Shown here piece after piece: positions 10,254-20,662 of a stretch of 64,000 nucleotides of DNA. The stretch comes from Pelagomonas calceolata (lineage: Eukaryota), in the NCBI GenBank assembly GCA_918797485.1, contig CAKKNE010000004.1, positions 3,162,001-3,226,000 on the forward strand, in the 5' to 3' direction. A model generated the notes under the pieces. It worked only from the letters and a program-made list of their open reading frames with translations, made no database searches and was not told the DNA's origin. The position numbers were made by a program, and so were the translations under genes. The first letter of the stretch is position 1. Each line of letters begins with the position of its first letter.

Positions 10254-11279
10254 ATGAGTAATTTTTTAACAGAACTGGCGGACATGTTCCCGAGCTGGGA
10301 CGCCGAGGCCCTGCGCGCGGTGCACGAGGCGAACCGCGGCGACCAGGAGAAGACGATCACGCAGCTCCTCGCCTGGACCGCGGAGGACGCGCCAGGACCG
10401 CAGCAGCCGGCCGCGGCGTTCCCCGTCGTCTGCCCGCCGGGCGCCGGGCCCGGCACGCAGCTCCTCGTGCACGCGCCGACGACGGGCCAGCAGATGACCG
10501 TCGTCGTGCCAAACGGCATCGGGCCCGGCCTCCAGTTCCTCGTCGCGCTGCCGCCGCAGTTCGCGCGCGCGACGCCCGCGCCGCAACCGCCGGCGCCGCC
10601 CCAGATCCACGACGCCGCGCCCGTCGTGCTCGAGCGCGCCTTCTACGACGACATCATGGCCAAGCGCATCACGGACAAGATGGCGCCCAAGGCCACGGGC
10701 GCCCTCCTCAAGGCCACGGCCAAGTTCAAGCAGCTCGCGCGCAAGGCCCGGGCCGAGGTCGCGCGGCGGCCGCACGTGCGCCGCCTGCCGAGCTCGCAGG
10801 ACGGTCAGGTCATCCGCGACGCGACGCGCGAGGACAAGATCGCCGCGGGCAAGGCGCTGCTCGGCCAGCGCCTCGCCTTCCTCGCGCTGCGCATGGTCGA
10901 GATGGAGGACGACGGCAACTGCCAGTTCCGCGCGCTGTCCCATGAATTGTACGGCAGCCAGGACCACCACCTCCGCGTGCGCGCGGGCGCCGTGGCCTAC
11001 CTGCGCGCCCACGAGGCCGACTTCGCGCCCTTCGTCGGCACGGCGGCCGACTGGGCGAACTACCTCGGGCGCATGGCCAAGTCGCGCGAGTGGGGCGACG
11101 AGCTCACGCTCCAGGCGGCCTGCGGCGCCTTCGCGGTCGACGTGCACGTCATCTCCACGGAGACGGAGCACTTCCACCTCGAGTACGCGTGCCCCGTGCC
11201 GTCGGCGGCGACGCCGCGCAAGCTGTTCCTGTCCTACATCTCGCCGATCCACTACAACGTCGTCGTGCCGAATAAGTAG
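10254..11279 (+). CDS. OTU-domain deubiquitinase with N-terminal CUE-like domain
   Basis: DDGNCQFRALS, WGDELTL, LSYISPIHYN; N-terminal LADMFP motif. Confidence 0.9.
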   Translation: MSNFLTELADMFPSWDAEALRAVHEANRGDQEKTITQLLAWTAEDAPGPQQPAAAFPVVCPPGAGPGTQLLVHAPTTGQQMTVVVPNGIGPGLQFLVALPPQFARATPAPQPPAPPQIHDAAPVVLERAFYDDIMAKRITDKMAPKATGALLKATAKFKQLARKARAEVARRPHVRRLPSSQDGQVIRDATREDKIAAGKALLGQRLAFLALRMVEMEDDGNCQFRALSHELYGSQDHHLRVRAGAVAYLRAHEADFAPFVGTAADWANYLGRMAKSREWGDELTLQAACGAFAVDVHVISTETEHFHLEYACPVPSAATPRKLFLSYISPIHYNVVVPNK

Positions 11280-11308
11280 TTCTCTCCTGTCTCACAGAAA
11301 TCACATAC

Positions 11309-12337
11309 TTAGTGGCTCACGAGGAACGGGTTGAACGGCTTCTTCGCCCCCGGCTCCGCCTCCTTCGGCGCCTCGCGCACGAGCTCCGCGCCGCGGAGGA
11401 GCGCCGCGAGCTCGGCCTCGGACACCGGCGGCGGCTCGGGCACGTCGAAGCCGTAGATGCCGCGGTTGATCTCGACTTCCGGAGGATGGAACTTTTTGGG
11501 GGGCGGCGGCGCCTTCACCTCGGAGAAGCCGGCCGACGTCGTGCCGACGTCGCCGGCCTTCCAGTGGCGCTTTAGCAGCTTCGACGCCGCGGCCTCGGCC
11601 TTCGCCGGCGCCTCCGCTTGTTCGCGCTCGGCGCGCTCGCGGGCCCGGACGCGGTCGCCGCCGAAGGCCCGGACGACGCGCGCCTGCTTCCCGATGAGGT
11701 CCGCGGCGCGCGTCACCTTGCCGAGGCCCCGCGCGGCCCACGTGTGCTTCGCGTGCTCCATGACGCAGACCTGGGCCACGGTCAGGTCGTCATAATCAAT
11801 CTCGAGGAGGTGCTTCGCCTTGCCCTCCTTATTTTTTTGCAGCTTTTTATAAGCCTTGACGAAGGCCCGCTCGATCTTATCCAGATCAATCACACTCTCG
11901 TCCAACCCCAACTTCCGGTAGTACTCCGGCAGCCTTAAAATGTGTTGGTGCTCCTCCCGGAGCCGGTCCGCCTCCTCGAGGCACGCCGTCTCGCCCCGCG
12001 GCCGCCCGTCGTCGCCCAGCGGCACCTCGAAGTCCTCGTCGTCGTCGGGCTGCTCCTCCGGGACCATCTGGGGCCGGGCCCGGCCCATTTTCTTTTTGGC
12101 GGCCGCGACCTTCTCGTGCAGCGGCACGGGCGGTTTCCAGTCAGATGGTATGGCGTCGAGGTGGGCCGTCGCGCGCGCCATCTTCTGGGGGTACTCATCG
12201 AAGCGCTTCCACGTGTCCGCCTCGCACGTGTCCTCGGGGTAGGCGCCGCGGTCGTCCTCGGGCAGCGCCTCGGGCGCGACGGGGATGATCACCTCGTCGC
12301 CGCGCTCGGGGTCCCCGAACTCGAGCTGGACGGGCAT
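11309..12337 (-). CDS. Hypothetical protein, weak J-domain-like segment lacking HPD
   Basis: 342-aa ORF; YYRKLGLDE...IERAFVKAYKKL. Confidence 0.6.
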   Translation of the reverse strand: MPVQLEFGDPERGDEVIIPVAPEALPEDDRGAYPEDTCEADTWKRFDEYPQKMARATAHLDAIPSDWKPPVPLHEKVAAAKKKMGRARPQMVPEEQPDDDEDFEVPLGDDGRPRGETACLEEADRLREEHQHILRLPEYYRKLGLDESVIDLDKIERAFVKAYKKLQKNKEGKAKHLLEIDYDDLTVAQVCVMEHAKHTWAARGLGKVTRAADLIGKQARVVRAFGGDRVRARERAEREQAEAPAKAEAAASKLLKRHWKAGDVGTTSAGFSEVKAPPPPKKFHPPEVEINRGIYGFDVPEPPPVSEAELAALLRGAELVREAPKEAEPGAKKPFNPFLVSH

Positions 12338-12383
12338 CTTGGGCTGGCTTTGTTTTTATGCTTGGGCTGGCTTTGTTTTTATG
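12338..12383. repeat. 23-bp perfect tandem duplication
   Basis: (cttgggctggctttgtttttatg)x2 abutting the start codon at 12337. Confidence 0.9.
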
Positions 12384-12792
12384 GGCTGCTGTACTGCCAG
12401 CGTGCTGTGGGCAGCCGACCGCGCCCGGAAGCGATGCGACCGTGGAATGCCGGCGCGCACGGGTCGTTTGCGTGCCGCGTTCCAGGCCTGCAGGCGCTGC
12501 CATTTGAGTGCGGGCTCTCGCGCGGCCCACTAGCCTACACAGGGAAGCCGGCGGAGCCATCGCCGGGACCGGGACCTTCTCGAACGGGCTCAAGGAACCG
12601 TCTTCAAATCGCGATCATATCTAGCGCGGCTATCTAGCGCAAACCCAATAATGCAGAGCGTGCCGCTGCAAGATCACGCAGTGATTTGCGGACTTCTTGG
12701 GCAGCCTAGTCTGCAACACGCTGTGATCGGTTTTGGGCGCAAAGGGCAGTGCACCAGCAGATTAAGGGCTGCTCCTTCCCTGGGGCAACAAC

Positions 12793-14970
12793 ATGGCTGT
12801 GGAGGTGGCGGCCACCTCCTTGGCGGTCGGTTTGGCCACCGCCCTCAACTCCGCCGTCCGCGGGGCCACGGGGAAAAGCATCGCGCAAAATTGCTCGTCC
12901 CTCCTGAACAAGGTGCGGTCCAAGGTGCTGGGGACGGTCGTCGACGTCAAGGCCAAGCAGCTCGCCGACGACGCCTGGAAGAAGGCCGAGGACAGGATCA
13001 CCGGCTTGGAGCGCAATGAGCGCTTGGCTTTCTCCCAGCGGCTCGCCGCGCTCGGCAAGACGCTGTGGAACCTGGAGGCCAACCCCATCGTGGAGGACGA
13101 GGGGGTGAAGGGCGCGCTGGACGGCCTGCGTGGCTCTCTCGAGCGCGCCGTCGAGGGCACCGACGACGCCGCCGCGCGCGGTCGCGCTTCTACAGATATC
13201 CAGGGGTACGCTCAGAATCTGAGCATAGCAATGACTGCGGCGTCCGCGAAACGCTCCGACGCCTCGGCCGCGGCGTCCGCGAACCGCTCCGCCTCGTTCC
13301 ACGCCGAGACTACGGACGGCATCAACGAGCTCAATGCCAAGATTGATGCCCTGCAAATGAATGAGGCGGCGATCCAGGACCAGTACGTGTACGACCCCTA
13401 CGACTCGGACGACGACCAAGAGGCGTCGCTATTGGGTTGGGGCTCCTTCGGTTCGACGCACAAGATGAGAAACGAGGAGGATGGCTGCGTATACGCCGTC
13501 AAGCTCATCAACATCAAAAGGGCGGGCACCGGCGTCGAAAAGCTGCGGGAAGAAGCCGCGCGCCTCTCGATGCTGAATCATCCGAACATCGTCCGCTACT
13601 TCACGGCCTTTCGCTTCAAGAAGAACAAGTTTTTCGCCATCGTCATGGAACTGTTGAAGGGTGGCTCGCTGCTAGAGCGCCTCCAACGGGTGTCCGGCCC
13701 GCTCACTTCCGGCCAGCGGCCGCGCGAGGCGCAGACCGAGCAGTGGGCACGGCAGGTCGCGTCGGCACTTGCGCACATGCACGCGCGACGGATGCAGCAT
13801 CGCGATCTGAAACCGGACAACGTTCTCTTCGACGAGCACCAAAACGCGCGAGTCATCGACGTCGGGCTCGCCGTGGTCGTCGTCGCCAAGAGCAAGGTCT
13901 CTTCGAGGGGCGGCGCCAACAAGGTCGGCGCCTTGATGTACCAGTCGCCGGAGAAGGCGCAAGGCCGCGCATACGACGGCAAGGACGACGTCTGGGCCCT
14001 GGGGTGCATGCTCGGCGGCGCGGTCACGGGGAAGTTGGTGGAGGCTCGCAGCACGGGCGTTTTCGCGCTCGACCCCGAGGCAGTGAAGGCGTTCGTCAAA
14101 GAGACCAACGCCGCGTCGGCCAGGTTCGGCTGCCTTGTCACCACGATGCTTGCGAAGAATCCGATGGTGCGGCCCGCGGCGCAGGGCGTCGAGTGGGCAC
14201 TCGCAACCGGCGCGTCGGTATTCGCGGGTGGCGCCGCGATCGTCGAGGAGGAGGAGGAGGAGGACGAGGAGGACGAGGCCGAGGCCGAGCAGCGGCGCCG
14301 CGCAGCCGAAGCCGAGGCCGCCAGGGAAAGGCGGCAACGCCTCGCCGCCGAAGCAGAGGCGAAGGCCGCTGAGGAGAGGCGGCAGCGTCTCGCTGCCGAA
14401 GCACAGGCCGCCGAGGCAGAGCGGAAGCTTCGCGCCGCTGAAGCGGCCGCCGAGGAGAAAAAGCGGCGCGAAGCCGCCAAGGCCGCCGAGGAGAAAAGGC
14501 AGCGCGAAGCCGCCGCGGCCGCCGCGGCGGAGCGGGCCCGCGCCGAGCTCCGCGCCGTGCGAGACGATGCGGCGCGCCGCGAGCGGGCCCGCGCAGCAGC
14601 CAAGGCCGCCGAGGCGGAGCGAAGACGCCGCGCCGAAGCCAAGGTCGCCGAGGAGAGGCGGCAGCGTCTCGCCGCCGAAGCACAGGCCGCGGAGGCAGAG
14701 TGGAAGCTTCGCGCGGCTGAACGTCGCGCCGCGGCCGCCGAGGCGGCTGCCGATGAGGAAGAAAGAGCCCGTAATTCTGCGCGACTCCGACGCGAAGCCG
14801 AGGCGCTCTGGGCTGAGGAGGATAGGCAGCGCCGCCAACGCGAAGCCGCGGAAGCGGCGGAAAATCAGAGAAAAGCGGAAATCAGAGAAAATCAGAGAAA
14901 AGCGATCACGAGGGGGGTCGCTGCCCTCGTGACGGGGGGTTTGTCGGAATTGTACTATCAAAATAAATAA
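12793..14970 (+). CDS. Ser/Thr protein kinase with helical N-terminus and repetitive C-terminal coiled coil
   Basis: GWGSFG, YAVK, HRDLKPDN, DVG, YQSPE, DVWALG; E/A/R-rich tail with a ~72-bp internal duplication (14371-14442 and 14650-14721). Confidence 0.9.
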   Translation: MAVEVAATSLAVGLATALNSAVRGATGKSIAQNCSSLLNKVRSKVLGTVVDVKAKQLADDAWKKAEDRITGLERNERLAFSQRLAALGKTLWNLEANPIVEDEGVKGALDGLRGSLERAVEGTDDAAARGRASTDIQGYAQNLSIAMTAASAKRSDASAAASANRSASFHAETTDGINELNAKIDALQMNEAAIQDQYVYDPYDSDDDQEASLLGWGSFGSTHKMRNEEDGCVYAVKLINIKRAGTGVEKLREEAARLSMLNHPNIVRYFTAFRFKKNKFFAIVMELLKGGSLLERLQRVSGPLTSGQRPREAQTEQWARQVASALAHMHARRMQHRDLKPDNVLFDEHQNARVIDVGLAVVVVAKSKVSSRGGANKVGALMYQSPEKAQGRAYDGKDDVWALGCMLGGAVTGKLVEARSTGVFALDPEAVKAFVKETNAASARFGCLVTTMLAKNPMVRPAAQGVEWALATGASVFAGGAAIVEEEEEEDEEDEAEAEQRRRAAEAEAARERRQRLAAEAEAKAAEERRQRLAAEAQAAEAERKLRAAEAAAEEKKRREAAKAAEEKRQREAAAAAAAERARAELRAVRDDAARRERARAAAKAAEAERRRRAEAKVAEERRQRLAAEAQAAEAEWKLRAAERRAAAAEAAADEEERARNSARLRREAEALWAEEDRQRRQREAAEAAENQRKAEIRENQRKAITRGVAALVTGGLSELYYQNK

Positions 14971-15442
14971 ATAAATAAATAAATTAGGGAAGACCTAAAA
15001 AAGGAACAAGCTCCTAAGAACCTTGTCCTGCTCGGTCAGCATGCCCAACCGAATTTCATAGTTGGGTTAGACCTGCAAAGCACCGTACCGTTTAGGACGG
15101 GAGCAAATCGGCCGCCCATGGTCCAATAGCAAGCGAGGCTACCGGAACAACGGACTTATTTCTGGTTTCAACTGCTCCCGAGCAGTTCCACGGGCACATG
15201 TGGCCAGACTCGTGGAACTGGCCGATAAAGGGGTTCGTCGGACGCGATGGGATAATGGAGCTTACGTTCGTGGATCCGGCGACGGGCGAGCACACTGCGT
15301 GGTTCGGAAAAATGTTGTAAAGAATGTGTCTCTGGACGGGCGGCGCGTCGTGCCTGCGTCGGGCGACGAGACGCTCAAGGTATCGTCGGGAAACCTTAAG
15401 CGCGGCCCGGGGCAGGTAGCAAATAAATACAAACTAGCAAGC

Positions 15443-16363
15443 TTACCACGCGCTACCGGACGTCGCCGACCCGAAGAAGCCCCCGTCCCGGTCCGGCCGC
15501 ACGCGCACCTCGACGTCGCCGTAGACGAAGGTGACGCAGGATAATCTACAGGACGGCTCGCAGCCCTGGAGGTTCAGCGTGCCCTCCTCATCATTAGATT
15601 TGCGGTTCGTCGCGGCGGCGCCGCCGACGACGTCCACAATACACGTGCCGCACATCTGGTGGCCCGCGCAGTTCGTCCAGGCCGTCGTGCCGCGGTAGAC
15701 GTCGATGCCGTCCTTCACGAGCGCGTCCCTCAGATTCGCGCCCGCCTCGACGACGATCTCGCGCCGCTCGCCGCGGTCGTCGACGGTGATCGTCGCGGCG
15801 CCCGGCGCGGCCTGTGATCGGCCCACGGCCGCGAGCAGCTCCGTTCGATCGCCGCGGAAGAACTCGAGCCGCGCCTCCGCGTCAACGGCGGCGAGGCGCG
15901 CCATCGCCGCGTCGAACGTCGCGTCGAAGACGGCATCGCCGTCGATGGCCACGAGCTGGTCGCCCGGCGCCACGGCGCCGGACTGCTCCGCCGCGCCGCC
16001 GGGCAGCAGCGCGCGCACGTAGACGCCCACGAAGCTCAGGTCCGTGCCCCACTCGACGCCCGTCGCGCCGCGCGGCAGCGCGACGAGGGACGCCCGCGGG
16101 TCCGCGACGACGGCTCCTGCTTCTATTCCGGCGGCCTCGCGCGCCAGGTCCGCCGCGGCGTCGGCGACGGGCGGCGCGTCGCCCTTGTCCCCGCGCTTGC
16201 TCGGCGGCGTCCACCGCCGCTTCTTCTGCTTCGGCGGCTGCCAGCGCGCGCCGTCGCGGCCGGGCGGTGTCTCGGCGCAGCGGCGCGAGGGTGGTCGCGG
16301 CGCGTTCGTGGGGGCGACTAGCGCTGCTGCTGGCAGGGCTAGGGCCCACCACGGGACGCGCAT
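15443..16363 (-). CDS. Probable plastid-targeted PDZ + 2Fe-2S ferredoxin-domain protein
   Basis: Signal peptide; PDZ (GVYVRALLPGGAAE..GDQLVAIDG); NCAGHQMCGTC...RLSC. Confidence 0.85.
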   Translation of the reverse strand: MRVPWWALALPAAALVAPTNAPRPPSRRCAETPPGRDGARWQPPKQKKRRWTPPSKRGDKGDAPPVADAAADLAREAAGIEAGAVVADPRASLVALPRGATGVEWGTDLSFVGVYVRALLPGGAAEQSGAVAPGDQLVAIDGDAVFDATFDAAMARLAAVDAEARLEFFRGDRTELLAAVGRSQAAPGAATITVDDRGERREIVVEAGANLRDALVKDGIDVYRGTTAWTNCAGHQMCGTCIVDVVGGAAATNRKSNDEEGTLNLQGCEPSCRLSCVTFVYGDVEVRVRPDRDGGFFGSATSGSAW

Positions 16364-16699
16364 TGTTCCTTTGTGATGATGGGTGTCTCAGCGTCGCATC
16401 CGTGTGATTATTTAAGAGATTTATAGCGAGCTCAGGCCACCGATGGGCCCCGCGTTACTGTGTAAGCTGGCTTTTGTCGAAGTGGTCTAGTACCTCTCTA
16501 GCTAGGTAAAGGCCCCTGATTTTTGTTTGGTTGGCTTGGGCCGGGCGCTTAGACGCTAGGATCGCCTTTAGGAGCCCTTCAGGACTTCCCAGAGAAGGTC
16601 CCTGCCAGCGGGAGTGCCAGCTCGCACCGCTACGCGTCGTACACCAAAGATTTCAGGAGGCCCAGCGCAGCAGCAGCGCAATACAGCTGCACGACCCAA

Positions 16700-17815
16700 A
16701 TGGTTGTGATCCTAGGCGACGGCACGGTCGTCGCGGACGACGATCCGCGCGCCCGCCTGCGCCGGGCTCGCCAACAGTTGCCCGACAGCCGCCTGAAATA
16801 TGCTCTGCTGGCGGTGGCGCTCGCAGCCGCGTACAGCTTCGTAAACGCGCCGGCGTCGGAGGCCGCCGGAGGAAAGGTCCCGGCCATGAATCGCGCGCCG
16901 AAAGACCACTGGCTCCACCTGTACTACTCGCCGTTCCTGGTGCGCGACCTCTCGACGTCCTCGGCGCACCAAGATCATAGCGTCCTCGGCCGCGTAAAGC
17001 ACCTGTTCCGCCCGGGGTTGGGCAAGGACACGACGCTGGATAGTAAGGGCCGCGAGGTCGATTACGGCGGCGCCGACGGCTCCGCCTTCGAAGAGATCGA
17101 CATCGAGGACCCGGACTCCGTCGTCGACAGTGCACAAATCAGACTTTGGCACCCGACTCACTGGTTGATTTGCGCACAGGTCGTCGGGACGCGCTGCGCG
17201 TCGACCAAGTTCGCGCTCTCCGTCTACTTCTGCGGCGCCGCCACCGCGAACGGCGACGAACTCAATACCTGGAACGGGTGGGCCGGCGGCCTCGCGGCTC
17301 TCCGGGAGACGCTCGAGTCGATGCACATGCTGTCGAGGAAGGGAGGCGTCCACCCCGCCTTCGTCTACGAGCTCTCCCTCGGCCAGAAGGAGCGGTCGGA
17401 CCCGGCGCTCGAGCACGTTTGGACAATTGTGGCCCAGCCCGACGGAACCTACATGTGGCTGCAGTCCTATATTCAGCAGTATACGCTCCAGAAGTGGATG
17501 AAGGAGACGCTACGCCGCGGTGAGCAGTATCTTACCTACGAGCAATTGGTGGCGAAGCTCGACAAGTACCAAGAATTACGCGCCGCCGCGGCGACGGGCT
17601 GGACCGCACGGGCGAACACGCTGTACAAGGAGCTCTTTTGGGTCGACGTCAGGGAGAATGGGGACGTCCGCTTCTCGGCCGCGAACGCCATCGAGGACCT
17701 CTGGTGGCAGATCCGCTGCAAGTATCCGACAGCCAAAACGCCCCCGCCGCGAGGCCCCGGTCCCCGCGCGGGCGAGTCGCGAGGGCCGGATACGAGTAGC
17801 GGGGACCGGTCCTAA
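16700..17815 (+). CDS. Hypothetical type II membrane protein with an in-frame introner intron at 17120-17179
   Basis: 371-aa ORF with an N-terminal TM segment. Confidence 0.65.
   Translation: MVVILGDGTVVADDDPRARLRRARQQLPDSRLKYALLAVALAAAYSFVNAPASEAAGGKVPAMNRAPKDHWLHLYYSPFLVRDLSTSSAHQDHSVLGRVKHLFRPGLGKDTTLDSKGREVDYGGADGSAFEEIDIEDPDSVVDSAQIRLWHPTHWLICAQVVGTRCASTKFALSVYFCGAATANGDELNTWNGWAGGLAALRETLESMHMLSRKGGVHPAFVYELSLGQKERSDPALEHVWTIVAQPDGTYMWLQSYIQQYTLQKWMKETLRRGEQYLTYEQLVAKLDKYQELRAAAATGWTARANTLYKELFWVDVRENGDVRFSAANAIEDLWWQIRCKYPTAKTPPPRGPGPRAGESRGPDTSSGDRS
17120..17179 (+). mobile_element. Introner intron, short copy (60 nt, GT-AG)
   Basis: TSD gtcgtcga/gtcgtcgg; TIR cagtgcacaaatca...tgatttgcgcacag; cacccgactcactggttgatt shared with other copies. 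Confidence 0.8.
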
Positions 17816-17849
17816 CTCTGTCGTGTTGAATACACAAGTTGTTACCCTC

Positions 17850-19100
17850 TCAGGCGTCGTCACTCTTCTTCCTCGGACTCTTCCGCTTCGTCGTGGCACG
17901 CTTCTTGGCAGGCTTCTTCGCGGCCGGCTTGCGCGCGCGCGGCGGCTTGGGCGCCCGCCGCGGCACGGCGGCGGGCATCCCGGGGATGCCCGCGAGCAGC
18001 GACGGCGGCAGCCCCGCGAGCGCCGCCGCGAAGCGCCCGCCGCCGCCGCCGCCGTAGTCGCGCTTATATTCAATCACGTACTCGGGGTAGACTTGCGCGT
18101 TGTCGAAGACGCCGTACATGGACCCTTGCGACGCGCAGTCGTCGACCGTGTCGGGGTTGTTCGACACCGAGTCGTTCAGACGGCCCGATCCCCCAATAGC
18201 CGGCGGCCGCCGCAGGCCCGGCTGGCCGCGGCCGCACTCGCCGAGCAGCACGCGACACACCAACATCTTGAGCGCGTCCTGCGGCCGCGCGGCCGTGCCC
18301 GCGTGGCGGTGCCGCACCAGCGCGCTGTGGTCGGGCATGCGGCAGTACTGGTCCGAGTAGCTCGACTGGTCCGCGAAGTAGGCGCAGGCGCCCATGGCGC
18401 CCGTGATCTGCGACAGTCTAAAATCCACGTTCTCGTCCAGTATGCAGTCGATCGTCGACGGCGCCGCGCCGTGGAAGAGGTAGCGCTCTCTACAAGGATT
18501 CGCGTCGGGCAAACAGACGGGGTTCTCGGCCTCGTTGAGCACGCCGGGCAGCACGTCGGACCGCCAGACGCGGTCCTCGTCGCTCGACGACGCGCGGCGG
18601 GCCATGGCCTCGCGCCGCGCCGCGTAGGGCGCCCAGAGGTGGTCATTCACACAACGCTTGATGGACGAGATGTTCGCGTCGGGCAGGCCGCGTGATTGTA
18701 ATCTTGCAGCGACCGACTCGTACTCGTCCGAGCCCGGCGTCAGTTCCACCAATAACTTCTCGTCGACGCCGGCGTCGTCAGGTAAACGCTTGCCGTCGCC
18801 GTCGCGCCGCCAGTAGACGGGACGCTTCGCGCGCTTGGCGTCGCCCGTTTTCTTTTGTAAAGAGGCGACCTGCTGCGCGAGCTGCTGTTTCTCGGCCAGT
18901 AACGATTTGAGGAGCTTGGCCTGGGCGCCCTCGGACAGGTCCGCGGCGTCGTCGAGGATCTGGACCTCCGAGTCCTGGCTGTCCGGCAATGCGGGCGCGG
19001 GCGCGCCACCGACGATCTCGACCTCGTCGTCGCTCTCCGGCGGCGCTTGGGCGTTGTTGGCGGCCTCCTCGTCGCTGTCGAGGATCTCGATGCACTCCAT
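17850..19100 (-). CDS. PARP-family ADP-ribosyltransferase, likely mono-ART
   Basis: RYLFHG, GACAYFA, MLVCRVLLG, VFDNAQVYPEYVIEY; SIM-like IEILDSDEE, VEIV and VQILDD at the N-terminus. Confidence 0.85.
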   Translation of the reverse strand: MECIEILDSDEEAANNAQAPPESDDEVEIVGGAPAPALPDSQDSEVQILDDAADLSEGAQAKLLKSLLAEKQQLAQQVASLQKKTGDAKRAKRPVYWRRDGDGKRLPDDAGVDEKLLVELTPGSDEYESVAARLQSRGLPDANISSIKRCVNDHLWAPYAARREAMARRASSSDEDRVWRSDVLPGVLNEAENPVCLPDANPCRERYLFHGAAPSTIDCILDENVDFRLSQITGAMGACAYFADQSSYSDQYCRMPDHSALVRHRHAGTAARPQDALKMLVCRVLLGECGRGQPGLRRPPAIGGSGRLNDSVSNNPDTVDDCASQGSMYGVFDNAQVYPEYVIEYKRDYGGGGGGRFAAALAGLPPSLLAGIPGMPAAVPRRAPKPPRARKPAAKKPAKKRATTKRKSPRKKSDDA

Positions 19101-19292
19101 GTTTCCTTCTGCGCCGCGGCGGGTCGATGCGGTATCGGTCCGAGGTTGCTTTAGGAGCGGCTACGGCGTGCGCGCGCGCTTTTTTGTCTTGTCCGGTCTT
19201 AAGGCAATACGACAGGCTGCGCCACGTGCCGCCGGCGGGCCGCGTAGAGAGTTATGCGCTCCAAAACACCGGCAGCGGCCACAAATCGCGTG

Positions 19293-19320
19293 GCTAGCGT
19301 CCTGTAAAGACACTAGCAAG
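19293..19320 (+). promoter_or_regulatory. Recurrent CTAG-bounded intergenic motif
   Basis: gctagcgtcctgtaaagacactagcaag between divergent genes. Confidence 0.6.
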
Positions 19321-19561
19321 CGGCAGATCCGAAATAGGGTTGACTTGAAAAACACTCGGAGGCGTATAGAAAAGCAAAAGAAGACTCCTCAGCAAATACA
19401 AGCCGCTGTCGTCCTCATCATCTCACATCTTGCCAAGTGAGAGCCAGCTCCACACGCGGTAGCCGGCATCGGCGCGCTTGTGATCGTTTGCAACGCGTCG
19501 CAGCTTCAACTCATCCATCCGTGCGAGTTTGCAACAGGTGGCGCTGAACGAGCCCTCTAAA

Positions 19562-20008
19562 ATGAAGCTTGCTACCACAGTCCTCTGCTGCTTGGCCACC
19601 GTGCACGCCTTCACGCGACCAAACGTGCGCCGCGCGCCGACCGTGCGACGACAAGCTGTCGACGTGCGCGCTCTCCCTTTCTACACCGTGGCCGAGACGG
19701 GCGCCGGCGCCGACGACCCGTTCTTGCTGTCGCTGGCCGGCGCGTCGATCGGGCTCTTCATCTTCGTAGTCGGTGGCGCGGCGTACCTTACCTTTCAGGA
19801 GCAGCAGTCCAAGAAGAGCATCGAGGAGGAGGACACGAAGCCGCGGCTCCCGACGCTCGCCGAGCTCGAGGCCGAGGGCGTGCGTGACGAGGCGGCGCTC
19901 ATGAACGCGGCAGACATGCCGGCCGCGACGAACCGCAACGAGCGGCGCCAGAACAAGAAGCTCCTCAAGAAGCGCGTCGAGCCGCAGCAGGACCGGGCGC
20001 GGTTCTAG
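19562..20008 (+). CDS. Small, probably plastid-targeted single-TM protein
   Basis: MKLATTVLCCLATVHA-F presequence and one TM helix. Confidence 0.7.
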   Translation: MKLATTVLCCLATVHAFTRPNVRRAPTVRRQAVDVRALPFYTVAETGAGADDPFLLSLAGASIGLFIFVVGGAAYLTFQEQQSKKSIEEEDTKPRLPTLAELEAEGVRDEAALMNAADMPAATNRNERRQNKKLLKKRVEPQQDRARF

Positions 20009-20038
20009 CACTTGTAACAGAATTAGTCAGAACAACAA

Positions 20039-20662
20039 CTAGGTGAGCCCAAGCCCGGGGATCGACCGCGCCGGCGGCGGCACGCAGCGCTTGCAGCGCC
20101 GCGACGTCGTCTGCCAGCAGACCTTCGGCGAGCAGTCGCAACAGACGCAGCGCCCGCACGCCCGGCAGTGGTGGCGCCGGTAGTACGTCGTGAACTTGCG
20201 CCGACACAATTGACACGCGGGTGCGTCTTTGTCAGGCGTCCAGATCGGGGGTGCCTTGGCGGCCTCGTACCGCTTCACGAGTTCGGGGTCAGGGGGCTCG
20301 ACGGCGCGGAGCCGGGCCGTCGCGTCGCTGCGCCGCCGCCAGAGATCGGCGGCGGGCGTGTAATACCGCGACACGCGCCCCGCGGCGAGCCAGTCACGCC
20401 GCGGCACGCCGTGCGCCTCAAGATATGCGGCGAACGCTGCGTTGTCGGATGCCGTTTCGCACCCGTCGAGCCGCTCCGACCGCACGAAACTGATGCCCGC
20501 TCCTAGTGCGCGGTGCACTCCGGCACAGGAGATGCAGAGCGAGACGTTGTGCGTCGCGCAGAGCCAGCGGTCGTGGGCGCAGGCGGCGCCGCAGTCAAAG
20601 CAGCAGGCGTCGTCGAGCGCTGCCGCCGGCGCGGCTGACGGCTGGGCAGCATCTCTGGACAT
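20039..20662 (-). CDS. ArfGAP zinc finger + FYVE-domain protein
   Basis: CFDC..CISCAGVHRALGAGISFVRS; WTPD..CQLC..RRHHCRACGRCVCCDCS. Confidence 0.85.
   Translation of the reverse strand: MSRDAAQPSAAPAAALDDACCFDCGAACAHDRWLCATHNVSLCISCAGVHRALGAGISFVRSERLDGCETASDNAAFAAYLEAHGVPRRDWLAAGRVSRYYTPAADLWRRRSDATARLRAVEPPDPELVKRYEAAKAPPIWTPDKDAPACQLCRRKFTTYYRRHHCRACGRCVCCDCSPKVCWQTTSRRCKRCVPPPARSIPGLGLT

Noticed and set aside
11820..11930. DnaJ call for ORF 11309-12337
   Set aside because: No HPD motif; only helix I/II resemblance.
14961..14984. (AAAT)n tract at the kinase stop
   Set aside because: Simple microsatellite or polyadenylation-like tract; no evidence of a retroelement.
15000..15440. Short ORF fragments, one with HILYNIFP resembling a cyclase-adjacent motif
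   Set aside because: Too short and unsupported to call a pseudogene.
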